Origin: an uncultured Nitrospiraceae bacterium
GTDB lineage: Bacteria; Nitrospirota; Nitrospiria; Nitrospirales; Nitrospiraceae
Direction: 5' to 3'
Length of the DNA stretch: 64,000 nucleotides
Assembly: GCA_963730935.1 (NCBI GenBank)
Contig: CAVSTP010000001.1
Span: forward strand, 1-64,000
Under the pieces are notes generated by a model. That model worked only from the letters and a program-made list of their open reading frames with translations, made no database searches and was not told where the DNA came from. Below, in pieces: positions 60,225 through 64,000 of the stretch. Numbering within the stretch: position 1 is the stretch's first letter; each line of letters opens with the position of its first letter. The position numbers and the translations under genes were made by a program.

Positions 60225-60956
60225 ATGAATGACAGGCCTCTCGGACGACTGCTTTCGCGTCGTGAAGCCATGCGGTGGCTTGGTGGCGGCGCGGCCTGGT
60301 TGATCACCGGCACCATGCTGGCTCGTGGGAGTGCGGCCAGCGGAGAGAGTCCTGTCTGTCTCTTCCGCCCAGAGCAGACGGAAGGGCCCTATTTTGTCGA
60401 TGAGGAATTGCGTCGATCCGATATTCGCTCAGATCCGACCACTGGCGAAGTCAAACCCGGAGTACCGTTGGCGTTGACGGTAGCACTCTCCCGTGCCGAT
60501 CATGGGCGTTGCCAGCCGCTTCCTGGTGCGCAGGTCGACATCTGGCACTGCGATGCGCTTGGTATCTATTCAGACGTGAAGGATCCCCAATTCGACACGA
60601 CCGGCAGGAAGTTTTTACGCGGCTATCAACTCACCGACGCACAGGGTGAAGTGAAGTTTCTCACGATCTACCCGGGTTGGTATTACGGCCGGACCGTGCA
60701 CATTCACATCAAAGTCCGTGCGGTAGCCGGCGCCAAGCGGACGTTTGAGTTTACCTCGCAGATGTATTTCGAGGACAATCTTTCGGACCGCATCCATGCC
60801 GCCACTCCTTACGCGACAAAGGGAAAACGTACCGCCCGCAATCAAGATGATCGGATCTTCCGGCGCGGCGGCGAACACCTCGTGCTGGCGCCGAGGCAAA
60901 CGGCCGATGGCTATGCGGCGACCTTTGCTGCGAGCCTGCAGCTTGCTCCGGGCTAA
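60225..60956 (+). CDS. Tat-exported intradiol ring-cleavage dioxygenase-like protein
   Basis: SRREAM, TEGPYF, VDIWHCDALGIYS, LRGYQLTD, TIYPGWYYGRTVHIH. Confidence 0.88.
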   Translation: MNDRPLGRLLSRREAMRWLGGGAAWLITGTMLARGSAASGESPVCLFRPEQTEGPYFVDEELRRSDIRSDPTTGEVKPGVPLALTVALSRADHGRCQPLPGAQVDIWHCDALGIYSDVKDPQFDTTGRKFLRGYQLTDAQGEVKFLTIYPGWYYGRTVHIHIKVRAVAGAKRTFEFTSQMYFEDNLSDRIHAATPYATKGKRTARNQDDRIFRRGGEHLVLAPRQTADGYAATFAASLQLAPG

Positions 60957-61031
60957 CCGGACCCCATTCCTCATCGCCTCTTGAAGCATCAAGGGCAGAG
61001 GCATACAGTGTATCCCCCGGGAGGGAGCCGC

Positions 61032-61619
61032 GTGCGGGCGATTCTCCTCATCCTGCTGCCCTGTCTATTGACGAGTTGTCTTTCTGCGACACGCGAACGA
61101 GAGGCCAATTGCCTCGCCGCCACCATCATGGATGTGTGGCAAACGGAACATGAGCTGACGTCAACCGAACAGGTCTGGCGCAAGGCTCAACAAACCCGTT
61201 CCGAACGAACAGCGCAGAGTCGCGGTTCCTCAGGGCTATCCGTTCGGGTCGCCGATGCTCCTTCCATCATCGGAGAAACTGCTGCTCGGTTCGAGAGCTT
61301 CGGGTTTCCCGCGTCGAGAAGCCAGGAGGACGCAAGGCTCTATCAGCGCATGATTGATGCCCGTGTCAGCCATGGGCAGGCGTCGAAATGGTACGGTCTT
61401 GTCGCACGCCGGGTGCAGACCAGAATCGAAGAAGATGAGATGCTGTATCCGGTGCTAGGGATGCTGGCGACTTCGACGGCGATCGTGCTGTATCCATTGG
61501 TCCGATGGAACGTGCGCTCTGTGCTGTGGGACGGGACCGACCCGGATGCCGACGATGATCCTGTACAACGCTTTTGCTCGACCCGATTGGGACAAGAAGA
61601 TAGAAATCCGCACCCTTAA
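61032..61619 (+). CDS. Hypothetical lipoprotein
   Basis: LTS-C lipobox after a GTG start with GGGAG RBS. Confidence 0.6.
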   Translation: MRAILLILLPCLLTSCLSATREREANCLAATIMDVWQTEHELTSTEQVWRKAQQTRSERTAQSRGSSGLSVRVADAPSIIGETAARFESFGFPASRSQEDARLYQRMIDARVSHGQASKWYGLVARRVQTRIEEDEMLYPVLGMLATSTAIVLYPLVRWNVRSVLWDGTDPDADDDPVQRFCSTRLGQEDRNPHP

Positions 61620-61757
61620 CGCAGCATCCCTCGTCGCCTCACCATGCTCCCCGCTGAAGCAAATCGGCTTTTTGTTGACGACGCGACGATTTGATTTTCA
61701 AATAAAGGGATCCGACCGGCGTCTTGCCGTTCGTACGAGTGCAAGGAGGAGGGTCCC

Positions 61758-62266
61758 ATGAACCGATTTCATCGTTCTGCCACGATCCTGTGTGCGATCT
61801 GGCTTTCCGGGTGCATCTCGCATCCGCAGAGTCCAGAAGACTTTCGCAAGGCTGTCCCTACGGCATTTTCAGCCAAGGTAGAAACTTTCGAAGTCGATCG
61901 TCCATTCAGTCAGGTGGCCAACACCTTTCAAAAGATGGGACCGAATTGCTTGTCAAAAACGGTCAAGACGACGTCTCAAACCAGGACGAGTTATCAGGTC
62001 ATCGTGACCACCTACAAGCCAACTGTGCTGTGACCCCCAAAAAGGCAGAGTTGCATGTGCAGTTTCACCATGATCAAGGCGTCATCGGTGTCGGAAAGGA
62101 GCCTGAGGGCGGATATTACCTTCTCGTTGCCGATGCCAGCCCAGTGGGTCAAACAAGGACTCGTATCGATCTGTATCGTCCCTCAATGGGACACGGCGTA
62201 TTGATTCAGGCTGTCAGGAACTGGGCGACAGGGGAGAATGTTGGATGCCCGGATCTCACGAAATAA
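61758..62266 (+). pseudogene. Frameshifted hypothetical lipoprotein
   Basis: LSG-C lipobox ORF stops at 62033 and continues in another frame (VTPKKAELH...CPDLTK) if one G is restored near 62030. Confidence 0.65.
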
Positions 62267-62293
62267 TTCATTTTGCCGAGAACGACTCGTCCG

Positions 62294-62773
62294 ATGAAGC
62301 AACTCTCCACGAAAGATTCGATCATCCTGGCAGTTCTGTTGGCCGCGACCTTCCTGGCCGGCTGCTCCGGACTGAAACCCTACAAGAATACGCCGGACAA
62401 CAATCTCCACGTACATACCGCGGCAGATTCGGACTCGTGGTTTTCAAGCGTACGCGCCGCCATCGATATTCATCGTTTGACGGCAGACTGCGGGACGGAG
62501 TACGAAGGCACTGTTCAGTTGAATCGACCCACCATCGATGTCGGAATAACGCCGAAGAGGTGGAGTCGATTGGTGTTTGTCTTTGCCAGCTCCTCGTTCT
62601 TGGCCAATCGGAGCGGCTCCATCACCTATGAGACTCTCTTGAAACCCCGATCCGGATATCAGTATGAAATCAAAGCGACCTACAGGGATGACATATACAA
62701 TGTCATAGTTCGGGAAACTCATCCGAGCAGCTCCGTCACCTCTGAGGTTGAGCACACGGATTTACGTGCCTGA
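62294..62773 (+). CDS. Hypothetical lipoprotein
   Basis: LAG-C lipobox; beta-rich mature part. Confidence 0.7.
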   Translation: MKQLSTKDSIILAVLLAATFLAGCSGLKPYKNTPDNNLHVHTAADSDSWFSSVRAAIDIHRLTADCGTEYEGTVQLNRPTIDVGITPKRWSRLVFVFASSSFLANRSGSITYETLLKPRSGYQYEIKATYRDDIYNVIVRETHPSSSVTSEVEHTDLRA

Positions 62774-62824
62774 CATGCGAAATTCCCGAACGATCGCGAG
62801 AGTCTCCTCCAATAATTCCCCCCG

Positions 62825-62853
62825 TTGACACCCTTCCCTCTGCCACGTAGCCT
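62825..62853 (+). promoter_or_regulatory. Sigma70 promoter TTGACA-N17-TAGCCT for ndh
   Basis: Direct motif match, followed by an AGGAG RBS. Confidence 0.6.
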
Positions 62854-62869
62854 GCCAGGAGTGCACGCA

Positions 62870-64000
62870 ATGGCACGCAAGCGGGTCGTCATTATTGGAG
62901 GTGGGTTTGGGGGCCTGACGGCTGCCAAATCGATTCTCCACGCCGACGTGATGCTCATCGATCGTACCAACCATCACCTCTTCCAACCATTGCTCTACCA
63001 GGTGGCTACCGCGGCGCTATCTCCAGGCGACATCGCATGGCCATTACGCACGATGTTTCGTTCTCAGCCGAATGTCCACGTCGTGATGGACGAAGTCATT
63101 TCGATCGATCGGCGTACCCGGCTGGTGGCGGTCCGAAACGGCTCACCGATTGCGTTCGATATCCTTGTCGTCGCTCCCGGGTCTCGCCATGCCTATTTCG
63201 GGCACGACGAGTGGGAGTCCTTTGCCCCGGGTCTCAAGACCATGACCGACGCCGTCGGGCTTCGCGAGAAGATGCTATCCGCCTTCGAGGAGGCCGAACG
63301 GCGACGAGCCGCTACGGGCACACACGACCCGCTCACCTTTGTTATCGTCGGTGGCGGTCCCACCGGCGTCGAATTAGCGGGTGCGCTGGCCGAAATTGGA
63401 CGGAAGGCGATGGGACCGGACTTCCCTTCCTTGCGGCTCGACGACATGTGCATCCTGCTCGTGGAAGGTGGCCCCCGCATTTTACCGGGGTTCAGCGAAG
63501 ACCTTTCGGCGAAAGCCTCAACCGCCCTAGCTCGTATGGGGGTCACGGTGAGGCTGAAGAGCCTGGTGAGCGAAGTTCGGGAAAATGGCGTAAAGATCGG
63601 TGAGGAGTTTGTCCCGTCAACGAGCGTCATTTGGGCGGCAGGCAACAAAGCCTCACCGCTCTTGAACACCCTTTCGGTTCCTCAGGATGCGTCCGGTCGC
63701 GTCAACGTCCAACCGGATCTGACGATTCCAGGTGAGCCTTGGATCTTCGTGATCGGCGACGGCGCCCACTGTGTCGGGAATGATGGAAAGCCTTTGCCGG
63801 GCTTGGCTCCTGTGGCGATGCAGCAGGGCCGCTACGTCGCCAAACTCATCGATCGGCAGACGATTCCTGAACAGCGCCAGCCGTTCTCCTATGCTGACCG
63901 AGGCATGCTCGCCACGATCGGACGGGCCAAGGCAGTGGCGCAAATCGGCCGGCTGCATGTCTCAGGACTCCTCGCATGGCTACTCTGGTGCGTCGTACAC
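62870..64000 (+). CDS. ndh: Type II NADH dehydrogenase (partial, runs off window)
   Basis: Manual translation gives MARKRVVIIGGGFGGL...NHHLFQPLLYQVATAAL...VGGGPTGVELAG...IWAAG...FVIGD...APVAMQQG. Confidence 0.92.
   Translation, partial: MARKRVVIIGGGFGGLTAAKSILHADVMLIDRTNHHLFQPLLYQVATAALSPGDIAWPLRTMFRSQPNVHVVMDEVISIDRRTRLVAVRNGSPIAFDILVVAPGSRHAYFGHDEWESFAPGLKTMTDAVGLREKMLSAFEEAERRRAATGTHDPLTFVIVGGGPTGVELAGALAEIGRKAMGPDFPSLRLDDMCILLVEGGPRILPGFSEDLSAKASTALARMGVTVRLKSLVSEVRENGVKIGEEFVPSTSVIWAAGNKASPLLNTLSVPQDASGRVNVQPDLTIPGEPWIFVIGDGAHCVGNDGKPLPGLAPVAMQQGRYVAKLIDRQTIPEQRQPFSYADRGMLATIGRAKAVAQIGRLHVSGLLAWLLWCVVH

Noticed and set aside
63037..63958. Track ORFs at 63037, 63193 and 63653
   Set aside because: They are out-of-frame or antisense shadows of the ndh gene, which has no stop inside the window.

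Overview
This is a 64 kb GC-rich bacterial chromosome segment. Gene content suggests a Gram-negative, Nitrospira-like organism (inference, not verified). From start to end it holds: a partial FNR-family reductase; a Glx-decoding cluster (gltX, two tRNA-Gln, glnS, tRNA-Glu); and a small AT-richer accessory region after tRNA-Glu with a repeat lipoprotein, a duplicated gene flanking a hybrid kinase, and a Sel1 protein. Next come a polyamine cluster (DHS-like, DsbA, Zn-ribbon, ALDH, pyruvoyl arginine decarboxylase, agmatinase), a type I secretion-like operon whose only ABC subunit looks catalytically dead, purEK, a doubly degenerate hybrid kinase, and a rhomboid/DHH/LOG/CBS-PilZ block. These are followed by a DUF692 (MNIO) enzyme with a fused partner-like domain coupled to dus and maf, a molybdoenzyme pseudogene, and a Kdo8N lipopolysaccharide cluster (kdnA-kdsB-kdnB-heptosyltransferase-waaA). 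The window ends with an ECF sigma/Spy-CpxP/MdtABC module, an MCE/Mla operon, a Tat-exported intradiol dioxygenase-like gene, lipoproteins and a partial type II NADH dehydrogenase. I saw no CRISPR array, rRNA, integrase or transposase. The best candidate for an undescribed system is the MNIO-partner fusion with no nearby precursor, translationally coupled to dus and maf. All calls come from reading motifs by eye; no database searches were run.
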